IMG/VR virus record: IMGVR_UViG_3300032007_000001
From: a virus
Taxonomy: Duplodnaviria > Caudoviricetes
Reading direction: 5' to 3' (one strand)
DNA: 64,000 nucleotides
In this document: piece by piece, positions 8,081 through 17,607 of the stretch
How positions within the stretch are numbered: position 1 is the stretch's first letter
Layout of the letters: each line of letters begins with the position of its first letter
The notes under the pieces: generated by a model
Told to the model about the DNA's origin: nothing
Database searches by the model: none
The model's input: the letters and a program-made list of their open reading frames with translations, nothing else
Made by a program: the position numbers and the translations under genes

Positions 8081-8668
8081 TTACATCTCTAAATTATCTT
8101 GTTCTCCTGTTTCAAAATATTTTTGTATCTTTTTTAATCGTTCTAATTTTTTCTTGTCAACCGATTTTTCACTTTTTTCCAATTTTTTTATCTTTTTTAA
8201 GTTTTCTTTTTTAAGATAATCTAACATTTTATTCATGTCAATCCAATTATTAAAATGTATTGTATCATCATAATTTGGCAATTTGTAATCTTTTGAAAAA
8301 ATATTTTTATAATCATCATAATTATTACAACTTTTAATTTCAATATCTTCTACTATCCCATCTGGATTTCCGTCAAAATCAATACTAACAGTAATAATTG
8401 CTGTTACATAAGAATTTAATTCGTTTTCACTTCTAAATACATGTAATTCTGTTACATAAAATAATGGATATTTTATCCCATCTTCGTTTGTCTTTTGATA
8501 TCCAAATTGTCCCCTTAATCCAACATCTTTTCCAGTTGTATCGTTTAATCTAAAGAACAATTTTTCATTAAATAAATTTGAATCTTTACTATTTATCAAC
8601 TTTTTTACTATATTTTCATTTATATTAAATATATTAGGAGATAATCCTTGTTTTATAAGATGTTTCAT
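8081..8668 (-). CDS. Hypothetical protein, paralog of 33266..33757
   Basis: MKHLIKQGLSP, LFNEK, GQFGYQKTNED, PLFYVTELHVFR shared with the 33 kb copy. Confidence 0.85.
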   Translation of the reverse strand: MKHLIKQGLSPNIFNINENIVKKLINSKDSNLFNEKLFFRLNDTTGKDVGLRGQFGYQKTNEDGIKYPLFYVTELHVFRSENELNSYVTAIITVSIDFDGNPDGIVEDIEIKSCNNYDDYKNIFSKDYKLPNYDDTIHFNNWIDMNKMLDYLKKENLKKIKKLEKSEKSVDKKKLERLKKIQKYFETGEQDNLEM

Positions 8669-8681
8669 TTTTTGTTCACCA

Positions 8682-9104
8682 TTAAAAACTACTTATTTTT
8701 ACATTTAGTTTTTTACTTGCTTTCTTGAAAAAAATATCTCTGGGTTGTAACGGCATATATCTTACAAACGCATCTTCATCAATATTTTTTGAATATACTA
8801 ATATTTCCAAGTTGTTTGTATCTTTAACTACAAAACTCATACCCGGTGTTTCTCTTCTTACTGTTTTAACCAATAATTTGACATTGGCATCCAATTTAAT
8901 CCAATTTTTGTAAAAAATTTTATGCCCACCAATATCTATCATAACCCAAGGCATACCAATACCAACAGCAAAATCGTTATCACCGTCATAATTGGGTACG
9001 AGTTCAATATTTCCTTTTATATTATCAATAATATACTTAAACATTTTTATCGTTTCTCTTTCGAATTCTTCTTGCCAAAATTTTTCTTTATTTGTTCTAT
9101 TCAT
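8682..9104 (-). CDS. Hypothetical protein, paralog of 33763..34203
   Basis: NDF..G..W..I.I.GH.I, PG..F and (V/I)YS.N shared; AAGGAGG RBS. Confidence 0.8.
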   Translation of the reverse strand: MNRTNKEKFWQEEFERETIKMFKYIIDNIKGNIELVPNYDGDNDFAVGIGMPWVMIDIGGHKIFYKNWIKLDANVKLLVKTVRRETPGMSFVVKDTNNLEILVYSKNIDEDAFVRYMPLQPRDIFFKKASKKLNVKISSF

Positions 9105-9125
9105 TCTTCTCGCCTCCTTATGTGT

Positions 9126-9154
9126 ATTATACCAAAATAATCGAAAAATGTAAA
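9126..9154 (-). promoter_or_regulatory. Sigma70-like early promoter
   Basis: TTTACA-N17-TATAAT (TGGTATAAT). Confidence 0.8.
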
Positions 9155-9168
9155 TAGTTTTAGTGTTT

Positions 9169-11031
9169 TTATTTTAGAATTTCTTTCAATTCATTTTCTG
9201 TATGAAGAACCTTGGTGTTATACTTTTCAGCTGCTTTAAGTTTGTTTCCACCAGCATCTTCACCGATAAGGAGATAGTTAGTATCTTTCGTTACTGAAGT
9301 CTTGAAAACATGACCAGCATCTTCAATGAGCTTCTGGAAGTAACTGCGAGGTTGGTCAAACTTACCAGTTACACAGATATTCAATGCATTTTCTTTTACT
9401 TCTTTTTTCTCAATAGCCTCTGGATTAATGTATTCGCGAAGCTTCAAAACATCTGTTAAGGCATTAGCAAGGTTGTCAATAACAGCAGAACCAATACCTT
9501 TAATAGTATAGAGATTTTTGCAGCCATTTTCAATCTCTTTTACAAGGTTTTCGTAAGTGCCAAGATATTCTGCGATAATCTTGGCGTTCATTTTTCCAAC
9601 ATGGTCGATACCAAGGCAATAAATGAATGTGTCGAGAGAAACGTTTTTTACAGACTTTTTAATATTATCTGCAAGTTTCTGAGCAGATTTTTCTGCAAAT
9701 CCTTCAACGTTCATCAAATCTTCTTTTGTAATTCTAAAAATATCATGCCAAGATTTGAATTGATAACTTTCAATAATCTTATCAGCAGTCTTAGCAGAGA
9801 GATTTGCAATGTTGAGAGCCGGTTTTGAAGCAATGTAGTTAATCTGCATAGAAATTCTTCCTTTGCAAGAAGGATTTACGCAGGCAAGCTGGCCATTATT
9901 TTTGATTAAAGGTTGACCACAAACAGGGCAAACATTTGGAATTTCAATTTCCTTATCACCATCTTCAATGACGCTTGTGATATAAGGGATAATTTCGTTT
10001 GCTTTCTCTACCAAAACCTTTGCATTCATAGTGAGGTGCTTTTCTTTAATCCAATCCACGTTATGGATAGAAGCTCTCTGAACAGTAGTACCAGCAAGGC
10101 GAATTGGCTCAAGGATAGCAACTGGAGTAACCTTAGTTCTGCCAAGGCTCCACTCAACATCGATGATTCTTGTTTCTTTCTTTTCTGTTTCAAACTTAAT
10201 AGCAATAGCATCTTTCGGATGATGGCCAGTGACGCCATATTTTTCAAAACTATCTTCTTCCAAACACTTCATTACAAGACCGTCAATGTCATACTTCATA
10301 GAATTCTTATCGAAGTTATTGATGAAATCCATGAGCTTATCAAAATCATCAAAAATCCAAGTATCTGGAGTTTCATAACCAAATTCTTTAAGCATTTCTA
10401 TATCTTTGTCATAAGAAAAATGATGATTTGTTATATCTTGACCTTTTCGCCTTATTTCATAAGCAAGAAAGCCAACAGTATAGTATTTGTTATCGTCAAG
10501 ATTGCGAAGAATTCCAGCTGCTGCATTTCTTGCATTTTCAAAAGGTTCAAGACAATTCTTTTCACGTTCTTCATTGATTTTCAAAAACGTTTCTTTGTCA
10601 ATGTAAGCTTCACCACGAACAACGTATCCATTCGCTTTACCCATTTTAATTTTGTTGGCAAGAGGAAGGATATCTCCACGTGTACCAGTACCTCTGGTTA
10701 CTCTTACATTGTTACCGTAGTCAACAAGAGTCAGACCATCAATTTTAGGCTGAATCATAACGTGATTATTGAATTTATTAAAAAACTTTTTAATTTCTTC
10801 AATTTCGTGAATCTTAATTTTATCCAGCGACATCATTGCAAAATCATGCTTACGCTTTGTAAACCCATTTACTTCATCGCTCGGAACATAATTTAGTTCT
10901 TTAGTACCATATTTCTCTATGAACTCCTTGCGAAGAGCGTCATATTCAGCGTCACTCATAATGGGGTTATTACATTCATAGTATTGGATATCGCAACGGT
11001 TGATGAGATCTAACATCTCTTGTTTAGTCAT
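9169..11031 (-). CDS. ligA: NAD-dependent DNA ligase
   Basis: SDAEYD, MMSLDK, PKIDG, TRG.G, NARNAAAG, DIDGLVMK, IAIKF, CPVC..C zinc finger, HhH repeats, C-terminal BRCT. Confidence 0.95.
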   Translation of the reverse strand: MTKQEMLDLINRCDIQYYECNNPIMSDAEYDALRKEFIEKYGTKELNYVPSDEVNGFTKRKHDFAMMSLDKIKIHEIEEIKKFFNKFNNHVMIQPKIDGLTLVDYGNNVRVTRGTGTRGDILPLANKIKMGKANGYVVRGEAYIDKETFLKINEEREKNCLEPFENARNAAAGILRNLDDNKYYTVGFLAYEIRRKGQDITNHHFSYDKDIEMLKEFGYETPDTWIFDDFDKLMDFINNFDKNSMKYDIDGLVMKCLEEDSFEKYGVTGHHPKDAIAIKFETEKKETRIIDVEWSLGRTKVTPVAILEPIRLAGTTVQRASIHNVDWIKEKHLTMNAKVLVEKANEIIPYITSVIEDGDKEIEIPNVCPVCGQPLIKNNGQLACVNPSCKGRISMQINYIASKPALNIANLSAKTADKIIESYQFKSWHDIFRITKEDLMNVEGFAEKSAQKLADNIKKSVKNVSLDTFIYCLGIDHVGKMNAKIIAEYLGTYENLVKEIENGCKNLYTIKGIGSAVIDNLANALTDVLKLREYINPEAIEKKEVKENALNICVTGKFDQPRSYFQKLIEDAGHVFKTSVTKDTNYLLIGEDAGGNKLKAAEKYNTKVLHTENELKEILK

Positions 11032-11069
11032 TAAAAATCTCTCCTTTTTTTCATCTGTTTTGTATATTT

Positions 11070-11098
11070 ATTATACCACAAAAAGCCTTAAATGTAAA
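11070..11098 (-). promoter_or_regulatory. Sigma70-like early promoter of ligase
   Basis: TTTACA-N17-TATAAT (TGTGGTATAAT). Confidence 0.8.
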
Positions 11099-11247
11099 TG
11101 GTTTTGAACAAATTCTCTCAAATGTTTTTTGTATTTTTTGAGAAATATTTAGCAAACTTAGTTCTATTGTACTAATAGGAAGGGATTGAATGGTCTAAAG
11201 AGTTAAAAATGTTAAATTTACTCATAATTTTATGGAGGGGATGATAT

Positions 11248-11610
11248 ATGGAATTACCTGCATGGCTGCAAATTGCTTTTATGATATTATCCTCTTGCCT
11301 TTCTTTAGTTGTAGCTTATCTTGGAACAAAAATCAAGAAACTGCAGGAGAGAAAAGAAGAGGAAGCTAAGCAAACTGCAAAAGAAGAAGAAGCTTTTAAG
11401 ACTGGCATCAGGTCGATGCTAAGAGACAGATTAATTTACATCTGCTATAAATGTAAAGAAAAGAACTGCATTACAGTTGACGAACTTGAAAACCTTGCTG
11501 ATATCTTTAAGTCATACGATGATTTAGAAGGCAACGTTGCAGTAACTAAACTTTACAAAGAAACAATTGCATTACCATTAGACGCTAATGAAAATGTGAA
11601 ATATATTTAA
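11248..11610 (+). CDS. Holin-like membrane protein, paralog 1
   Basis: Single N-terminal TM; LRDRL...ELENL..IF.SY.DL.GN phage family often annotated as holin; GGAGG RBS. Confidence 0.6.
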   Translation: MELPAWLQIAFMILSSCLSLVVAYLGTKIKKLQERKEEEAKQTAKEEEAFKTGIRSMLRDRLIYICYKCKEKNCITVDELENLADIFKSYDDLEGNVAVTKLYKETIALPLDANENVKYI

Positions 11611-11618
11611 GTGAGCTA

Positions 11619-11755
11619 AGAACAATGAAACAAATCAATACTGAAACACATAGCGATAAAAAGAGCGTGGATGTTCTTTATCGCTTGTGTAGTGATTCAG
11701 GCGCTACCCTCTAACATTGAGATAGCGCTTATTTTTATAAAATTTCATTGTTTTT
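11619..11755. ncRNA. Candidate structured RNA / cis-regulatory element
   Basis: Nested complementary stems: AACAATGAAA/TTTCATTGTT, CTGAA/TTCAG, ACACA/TGTGT, AGCGATAAA/TTTATCGCT, GCGCTA/TAGCGC. Confidence 0.5.
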
Positions 11756-11824
11756 TTATAAACGAGACTTTTTGAAATATTTTACTTATAGTAAGAAAGA
11801 CAATATTTTTATGGAGGGATAATA

Positions 11825-12241
11825 ATGGAATTACCAGCATGGACGCAAGTTGTTTTTATGATTATTTCTTCTATTCTTTCAATTATTGTCGCATATCTTG
11901 GACGTAAAATTACTCAAGAACAAGAAAGACGTGATAAGGCTGAAGAACAAATAACTAAAGAAGAATTAGCTTTGAAAACTGGTATTCGTGCAATTCTTAG
12001 AGACCGTTTACTATATATATGTCTGATTTGCGAAAGAAGAGGAGCAATAACAGTTGAAGAACTTGAAAATCTTTCTGACATTTTTAGGTCTTATGAAGAT
12101 TTAGGTGGTAATGGAGCTGCTAAAAAAATTTATCAAGATACAGTCGAATTGCCATTAACTACACATGCAAAGGATGCAGAACATGATGTTGGAATAAGTG
12201 ACGAAACGTTACAACACATAAAAAAAATGAAGCTATCATAA
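11825..12241 (+). CDS. Holin-like membrane protein, paralog 2
   Basis: MELPAW..., LRDRL, ELENL, SYEDLGGNG; clear tandem duplicate. Confidence 0.6.
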   Translation: MELPAWTQVVFMIISSILSIIVAYLGRKITQEQERRDKAEEQITKEELALKTGIRAILRDRLLYICLICERRGAITVEELENLSDIFRSYEDLGGNGAAKKIYQDTVELPLTTHAKDAEHDVGISDETLQHIKKMKLS

Positions 12242-12295
12242 TGATAGCTTTTATTTTTATAAAAAATAAATGTATGTTATTTATAGAAATAATAT

Positions 12296-12817
12296 TTGGG
12301 TGATATATATATGCTAAACTTAAATGATATTATAACATACGGCAATGCAAAATTCAAAGTAGTTAAATTTGCAACAAGTAATGATATAAATGAACTTAAT
12401 AAGAAAATAGGTCTGGGTGTTGATTGGTGTTATATCTACCCAAATGGTGGTACAGAATCAAATCCAGCAACCGTGTCAAATAATTCTGAATACATCGAGA
12501 ATAATCCGTTCCCGGGGTATATCGTAGAATGTAAACCGGAATTATATGTTGACGGAGATTGGGGTTTTCCAAATTGGGCGCAAAGTGTTAGACCAGATAA
12601 TAATACATGGATGGGATTCGGTGTTTCTGCTAATCAACACAATAACGAGAACATAAATATTAAGGTCGGTTCTCAACATTTATATACTGGGTCTTCCTAT
12701 GGAAATACGCTTAATGGTTCTTCTTGGCCAAAAAATTCTCCAACAACAGGTCCATTGAACACACCTCTTCCTTGCCGCGTCAAAGTCTGGAAAATTGGAA
12801 AAATTAAGGAGAACTAA
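12296..12817 (+). CDS. Stand-alone tail-fibre tip-like domain protein
   Basis: IYPNGGT..NPA.V...Y...NPFPGY.V.C..E....WG...PCRVKVWK resembles a tail-fibre C-terminal domain; start may be ATG 12311. Confidence 0.5.
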   Translation: MGDIYMLNLNDIITYGNAKFKVVKFATSNDINELNKKIGLGVDWCYIYPNGGTESNPATVSNNSEYIENNPFPGYIVECKPELYVDGDWGFPNWAQSVRPDNNTWMGFGVSANQHNNENINIKVGSQHLYTGSSYGNTLNGSSWPKNSPTTGPLNTPLPCRVKVWKIGKIKEN

Positions 12818-12834
12818 AGTTTAGTTCTCCTTTT
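12806..12834. terminator. Bidirectional terminator
   Basis: AAGGAGAACTAAA-G-TTTAGTTCTCCTT between convergent genes. Confidence 0.8.
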
Positions 12835-13346
12835 TATATCCACAAACTATCAAAATATTTGGCAAACAATAGTATTCCTCTTTTTTTTTCTCTTTCTTCT
12901 TTTTCTGTCTTTATTTCAGAATTATGCGTTGCTAAATCAAAAGCATATATAATTTTATCTAATATTTTATCCCATTCTTCAGTTGCTTTTTCTTCATCTT
13001 TATATTTCTCATATATTTTACTCGGAATTGAATTTTTATTTTTCTTAAATCTTTTTAATAATTTCGCAATAATACCGGCAGATATAGTATCTAATTCCCA
13101 TACCATATCATTGACACCTTGAATTTTATGATAATTTTCTTCATCGCCTATCATAAAATTAATGGTGCTTTTTAATTTTTGTTTTTGTTCTCTGTTTTTT
13201 TGTTTGCATTGATGAAGCCTATCTCTAAGAATTATGTTTTCAATCTGGAGTGACACATTCTCCAAACGTATATTATTATATTCATTACTTTCCAATTGAA
13301 GCAAACGGTGTTTTTCTTTCTCCAAAGCATTCAGTTTTTTATTCAT
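12834..13346 (-). CDS. Conserved phage hypothetical protein
   Basis: W.LD...A.II...L..FK...P...W..ILD.II.AF...G..LF.KYF..LW pattern common in phages; promoter TGTACA-N17-TAGAAT at 13364-13392. Confidence 0.7.
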   Translation of the reverse strand: MNKKLNALEKEKHRLLQLESNEYNNIRLENVSLQIENIILRDRLHQCKQKNREQKQKLKSTINFMIGDEENYHKIQGVNDMVWELDTISAGIIAKLLKRFKKNKNSIPSKIYEKYKDEEKATEEWDKILDKIIYAFDLATHNSEIKTEKEEREKKRGILLFAKYFDSLWI

Positions 13347-13428
13347 TATTTATCACCGATTATATTCTATCAAAAAAACTTAAAAATGTACAAAATAAAA
13401 GAGGAGCATTTCGCTCCTCTCATTTGTT

Positions 13429-14190
13429 TTATGCTTTTGCTGCTTTGTATTTGTTATACTCTCTATTTGCATTGCCAACCACTTCTTGGAAATCATCGAG
13501 ATTGATGATTGCATTCTCATCAAGGCGGGTGTGAATCCAATTGACTTGGCATTTTGCAATAAGAGAATGTTGTACATGCTTTGCAAGAATGATATTCGGC
13601 GTTACGAAAATCTCATCGATGCAATTATCCGGATTTTCAAGTCGTACAATGTAGTTGTTCTTGTCTTTGTACAATGTAGTCTTGATTTTTGACTTATTAT
13701 ATACGTTTTCAGTCTGGTCAATAACTTCATATTTATCAAGGTCATTTTTATCGTAATCACCAATCGTCTTATACTGAGAACGTTCATAATGTTGCGCTTT
13801 AATCTTTTCTTCAATCTGGTCGAGGAACTCTACAGGTACAGTCATAAAACTGTCTCTATATTCATTGAACAACTTCTGGTCTGCAAGAGGATAACGAGTC
13901 TTAAGTTCTGCAAGCTTGGAAAGGATAGCATACACAACTTTATCATGCTCGTTTTTCATCTTCTGACGATTTTTTGCATCTTGTTCAGCTTTCTTCAATT
14001 CTTGTTCAAACTGATAACGTTGCAAAGTGCCATCGCTCTCAAGTTTCTTCTTCAAAAATATCTGATTGCCAATGTAGCTCATTATACCGTAAATGGCTTT
14101 CAAAATCATAGTAATTACACTATTCATGCAATTGAAAAGAAAAACAATTGCTGCGCCAGCCATCAGTATGAATCCAAGCGTAATCAACAT
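13429..14190 (-). CDS. Membrane-anchored hypothetical protein
   Basis: Hydrophobic N-terminus; AGGAG RBS; early promoter upstream. Confidence 0.8.
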   Translation of the reverse strand: MLITLGFILMAGAAIVFLFNCMNSVITMILKAIYGIMSYIGNQIFLKKKLESDGTLQRYQFEQELKKAEQDAKNRQKMKNEHDKVVYAILSKLAELKTRYPLADQKLFNEYRDSFMTVPVEFLDQIEEKIKAQHYERSQYKTIGDYDKNDLDKYEVIDQTENVYNKSKIKTTLYKDKNNYIVRLENPDNCIDEIFVTPNIILAKHVQHSLIAKCQVNWIHTRLDENAIINLDDFQEVVGNANREYNKYKAAKA

Positions 14191-14220
14191 TTTCGTTCGC
14201 TCCTCTCTTTATTTGTTTAT

Positions 14221-14249
14221 ATTATACCACAAAATAACGAAAATGTAAA
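14221..14249 (-). promoter_or_regulatory. Sigma70-like early promoter
   Basis: TTTACA-N17-TATAAT (TGTGGTATAAT). Confidence 0.8.
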
Positions 14250-14286
14250 TAGTTTTGTGCAAAAAATATATAAAAGAAGCCATAAA

Positions 14287-14508
14287 TTATGGCCTTTTGA
14301 TTCCAGCTTTTATTTTTATTTTCAATGCTTTGTTTTCATATTTGTCATTTCTTTTTGCATTTTTAGCCCAACATTTTACTTCATTGGCTTCATATTGTGT
14401 AATATGACTACACATTTCGTGTAAATATTCTGGTATATTGCCAGCACTCTTCCATGATGAACCGTATTCTGTTTCTACAAAAAACATCATTTTGAATCTC
14501 TCCGTCAT
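14287..14508 (-). CDS. Small hypothetical protein
   Basis: 73 aa ORF in minus-strand run. Confidence 0.55.
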   Translation of the reverse strand: MTERFKMMFFVETEYGSSWKSAGNIPEYLHEMCSHITQYEANEVKCWAKNAKRNDKYENKALKIKIKAGIKRP

Positions 14509-14568
14509 TTCTTACTTTTTAATAAAATATATTTCAACAAAGAAAAAAAACGAAGAAAAACGGGCACA

Positions 14569-14790
14569 CTACCCGTTTTTCTTACTTTTTAAGAACCATT
14601 GCGTTTCTCCTGTCATTTCATTGACAAAATAGTCGATCTTGAAATCCTTTTTACTTTCCAACATTTTCATTTTTAATGTGGCGTCAAAATCATTTTTAGC
14701 TTCTACAAATTTTAGTTTCGCCTCTTGAGATGGACTAATAGGATTTCTTCCAAATACTCTTAGCTTAATCATAACTCTCCCCTTCTTCAA
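14569..14790 (-). CDS. Small hypothetical protein
   Basis: GGGGAG RBS suggests start at MIKLRV. Confidence 0.55.
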   Translation of the reverse strand: MKKGRVMIKLRVFGRNPISPSQEAKLKFVEAKNDFDATLKMKMLESKKDFKIDYFVNEMTGETQWFLKSKKNG

Positions 14791-14851
14791 AATTTGTTTT
14801 AGTAGTAAAAACTCTTTTAAGTCGGGATTTAATCTCGGAAAATAATGTTCA

Positions 14852-15487
14852 TTAAAACATTTGTTTGCTTTTTAATAAAGTTTTTCTTTCGTTTATAGTT
14901 TTTACTACCTTTTCGTACATATCTTGAAGTTCTATCGCTGGCATAGTTGTAAAAGAGTCATCCAATTTCTTATAGAATTCTTGCATCCATGCGAATTCTT
15001 TATCAAATAAGTATGGATATTGCTCTTTTATTAAAAATACATAATCGCGGCAGTATGAAGAACAGTAAATATTAATTTCAGGAATCGTTTTAATATTATT
15101 GTTTTGATTATTTTCCAAATTGTTTATTAATTGATTCAATTCATTAATTTTTTCGTCTTCTCCATATGATATTCCGTACCTAATTCTAAATAAATCAAAC
15201 GTCTGTTCGTAATCATCATGTTTTTCCATGTTATGAACAAACGTGACTATATTTCCAGACGCGGAACATCCAAAGCAATAATATGTTAAATGTGTTTGTA
15301 TTTCATTATTATTTTTCTTAAATCCTTTAGGATAAACAGTAAACGATGGTGTTCGTTCATTGTGAAATGGACATTTGCAACGATATATGCCATTAATTGG
15401 CTTTAATTGAATATATTCGTTCATGATTAATAAATCATCGCAATGGTCCGCAATATATTCAGTTATTTCCTTCGTTTCCTTGTCCAT
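14852..15487 (-). CDS. CHC2 zinc-finger protein (primase N-terminal domain only)
   Basis: CPFHNERTPSF...YYCFGC..SG; no TOPRIM domain in 211 aa. Confidence 0.85.
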   Translation of the reverse strand: MDKETKEITEYIADHCDDLLIMNEYIQLKPINGIYRCKCPFHNERTPSFTVYPKGFKKNNNEIQTHLTYYCFGCSASGNIVTFVHNMEKHDDYEQTFDLFRIRYGISYGEDEKINELNQLINNLENNQNNNIKTIPEINIYCSSYCRDYVFLIKEQYPYLFDKEFAWMQEFYKKLDDSFTTMPAIELQDMYEKVVKTINERKTLLKSKQMF

Positions 15488-16829
15488 TTTCTTCTACCGC
15501 TTTCGCCCACTCATTTGCGTCTCTCTCGATAATATTCATCATGGAAAACTGTTTTTCAAATTTGAATTCAAATGGTTCTCCATCCCTTGTCTTAAATGAT
15601 TCAATAATTCCGGTATGGTCTGATGTAGAACGTATTGCAATTCCCCAATCTATGTGGTCGGAGATTTGGTCTGATTCGGCAACATGTTCTGTACCAGCAT
15701 GACCGGTTTGTGTTTTTGTTTCTTCACGTCCAGCGCGAGTCATTTGTGCAGCAGATATAACAATTTTTTCCTTATCTCTGGCGAATTGTTTTAATGACAA
15801 TGCAATTGCGCCAAGGTTATCTCTTTTTACATCTGTTATCACATTGGGAGACATAATCTGAGCATAATCAACAACGACACAATCAAACACAATACCTAAA
15901 CGGTTTTCAATTTCCTCAGTTTTATTTTCTACGTATGCTGGCGTACATTTACCTGGTACGTCAACTACGTAAAAACGACCAACTGGTTTACCGTTTGGCG
16001 AGAGACCCTTCTCAAGATTGTCAAGATAATGGAAGAATTTTTCTTCTTCGACATCAGTGAGCGTTCCAAGTTTTATGCCTTTGCTTGGCACCATTGCTGC
16101 TCGTGAATCGAATCTTCTCATATAATCTTTTCTTGAGATTTCGAGTGAGAACAGGATGACATTTTTCTGTCTTCTCCACATGTGATAAGCAAAATTCAGC
16201 ATGAGGACAGACTTCCCATCACCCTTCCTACCTATAATATACACTAACTCCCCATAAGAAAAACCCCCATTACTGTCATCAATCTGTTTGAATCCAGTTG
16301 GTATTAACTTAAGGTCATTTGGGTTTTTCTTTATATGTTCATACGTTTCTTTTCGTTCTCTTACATCTTCTTCTGCTCCACCTTGACGAATATTAAATTG
16401 CCCTTCAGAAGCAAGGCTTGATATTTGATGATTTGCATCGTTAATAATATTATCTATATCTATCTCGTCTTTTGCTCCAACATCATTAGCGATATTACGC
16501 AATATATCTATGACAGAACTTTTCTTAAAGTTATTAACAACGACTTTTGAAATATATCTATATCCATTCATGGAATTTTTAACTTGCGAACTTAAATCAA
16601 TTTGTGTCAATTCCATGACCAAAGTTGTTGGGATATTTATAACGTTAGGATTAAGATGGTCTTTTACTTCATTATATGCTGCTTTTAAGATATTAAATTG
16701 TTTTCTTGTTTCTGCATTTATGAAGTATATTTCTTTTAATTCTGCCATTGCTGTTGGCAAAACATCTTGATGCTGCCATATATAACTAAGAAGTTTCTTT
16801 TCTTCCTTTAATGCATTTTCGTTAGACAT
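15459..16829 (-). CDS. dnaB: Replicative DnaB-like helicase
   Basis: IPTGF..ID, Walker A GRKGDGKS, FSLE, VVVDYAQIM, LKQFA, AAQMTR, KTRDG. Confidence 0.9.
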   Translation of the reverse strand: MSNENALKEEKKLLSYIWQHQDVLPTAMAELKEIYFINAETRKQFNILKAAYNEVKDHLNPNVINIPTTLVMELTQIDLSSQVKNSMNGYRYISKVVVNNFKKSSVIDILRNIANDVGAKDEIDIDNIINDANHQISSLASEGQFNIRQGGAEEDVRERKETYEHIKKNPNDLKLIPTGFKQIDDSNGGFSYGELVYIIGRKGDGKSVLMLNFAYHMWRRQKNVILFSLEISRKDYMRRFDSRAAMVPSKGIKLGTLTDVEEEKFFHYLDNLEKGLSPNGKPVGRFYVVDVPGKCTPAYVENKTEEIENRLGIVFDCVVVDYAQIMSPNVITDVKRDNLGAIALSLKQFARDKEKIVISAAQMTRAGREETKTQTGHAGTEHVAESDQISDHIDWGIAIRSTSDHTGIIESFKTRDGEPFEFKFEKQFSMMNIIERDANEWAKAVEENGQGNEGNN

Positions 16830-16844
16830 ATGTCCAATTACCTC

Positions 16845-17600
16845 TTAAAAATCTTCTTGTTCTTCAACTACTTGGTTTTCCACTCTATGATTTTCACCAA
16901 GTATTTTTATGATTTCATTGTTTGAAATAATAAAATCATGCACATCTTCCCCATAATTTTCTTTCATCTCTTTCATATCATAATTTGACGAAAGAATCAA
17001 TGGCTTACAATCATTGTCTCTCTTTCTAATAATATTTTCTAAAAATCTTTGAGAAAACCTATTATCATTTTTTCCGTTTTCATTTCCAATATTGTCTATA
17101 ATAAGCAAATCGGACTTATACAAAAATTGATTCAATTTATTCTTTTCCATGTCAAAAGACATTTTTATAATATCGGAAAATAAAGCAAATGCAACGGTAA
17201 AACATTTAAGTGTATCTTCATTATACATTGCAGATACATGTTTTGCTATTACGCATTCAGCTGTTGTTTTCCCACGGCCATGTGGACCATGAAAAAATAT
17301 TCCTCTATTATTTCTATAATTTTCTTTGAAATTATCAAAGTAATTTTTTACTCTTGGATAATAACTTTTATTCTTTAACTTCTCTTCCCACTCATCTTGT
17401 ATGAATTTCTTTGGCACTCCCCAGTCCAATAAATTCAAATTTCTTTTTATCTTTTTTATGCATTCGCATTCTTCGGATAATTGATAGTCATCATTTTCTT
17501 TTAATATATATCCTTTTCCATTGCATTTTTTGCAATTATGTTTAATGATATTATTCAATCTTCTTTCTTCTATTTTAAGTTCTTCCTCAGAAAGCAACAT
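16845..17600 (-). CDS. DnaC/IstB-like AAA+ helicase loader
   Basis: CKKC..ECEC zinc site, GPHGRGKT, LLIID.IG.E, SSNY; adjacent to DnaB. Confidence 0.85.
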   Translation of the reverse strand: MLLSEEELKIEERRLNNIIKHNCKKCNGKGYILKENDDYQLSEECECIKKIKRNLNLLDWGVPKKFIQDEWEEKLKNKSYYPRVKNYFDNFKENYRNNRGIFFHGPHGRGKTTAECVIAKHVSAMYNEDTLKCFTVAFALFSDIIKMSFDMEKNKLNQFLYKSDLLIIDNIGNENGKNDNRFSQRFLENIIRKRDNDCKPLILSSNYDMKEMKENYGEDVHDFIISNNEIIKILGENHRVENQVVEEQEDF

Positions 17601-17607
17601 TTGTTAT

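Noticed and set aside
9913-10896. 327 aa antisense ORF inside ligA (and similar ORFs at 5269, 13789, 19688, 54848, 54912)
   Set aside because: Shadow ORFs opposite well-supported genes, with no motifs or RBS
11619-11755. tRNA, hammerhead ribozyme or T-box
   Set aside because: No cloverleaf or TTC loop, no CUGAnGA core, no T-box consensus seen
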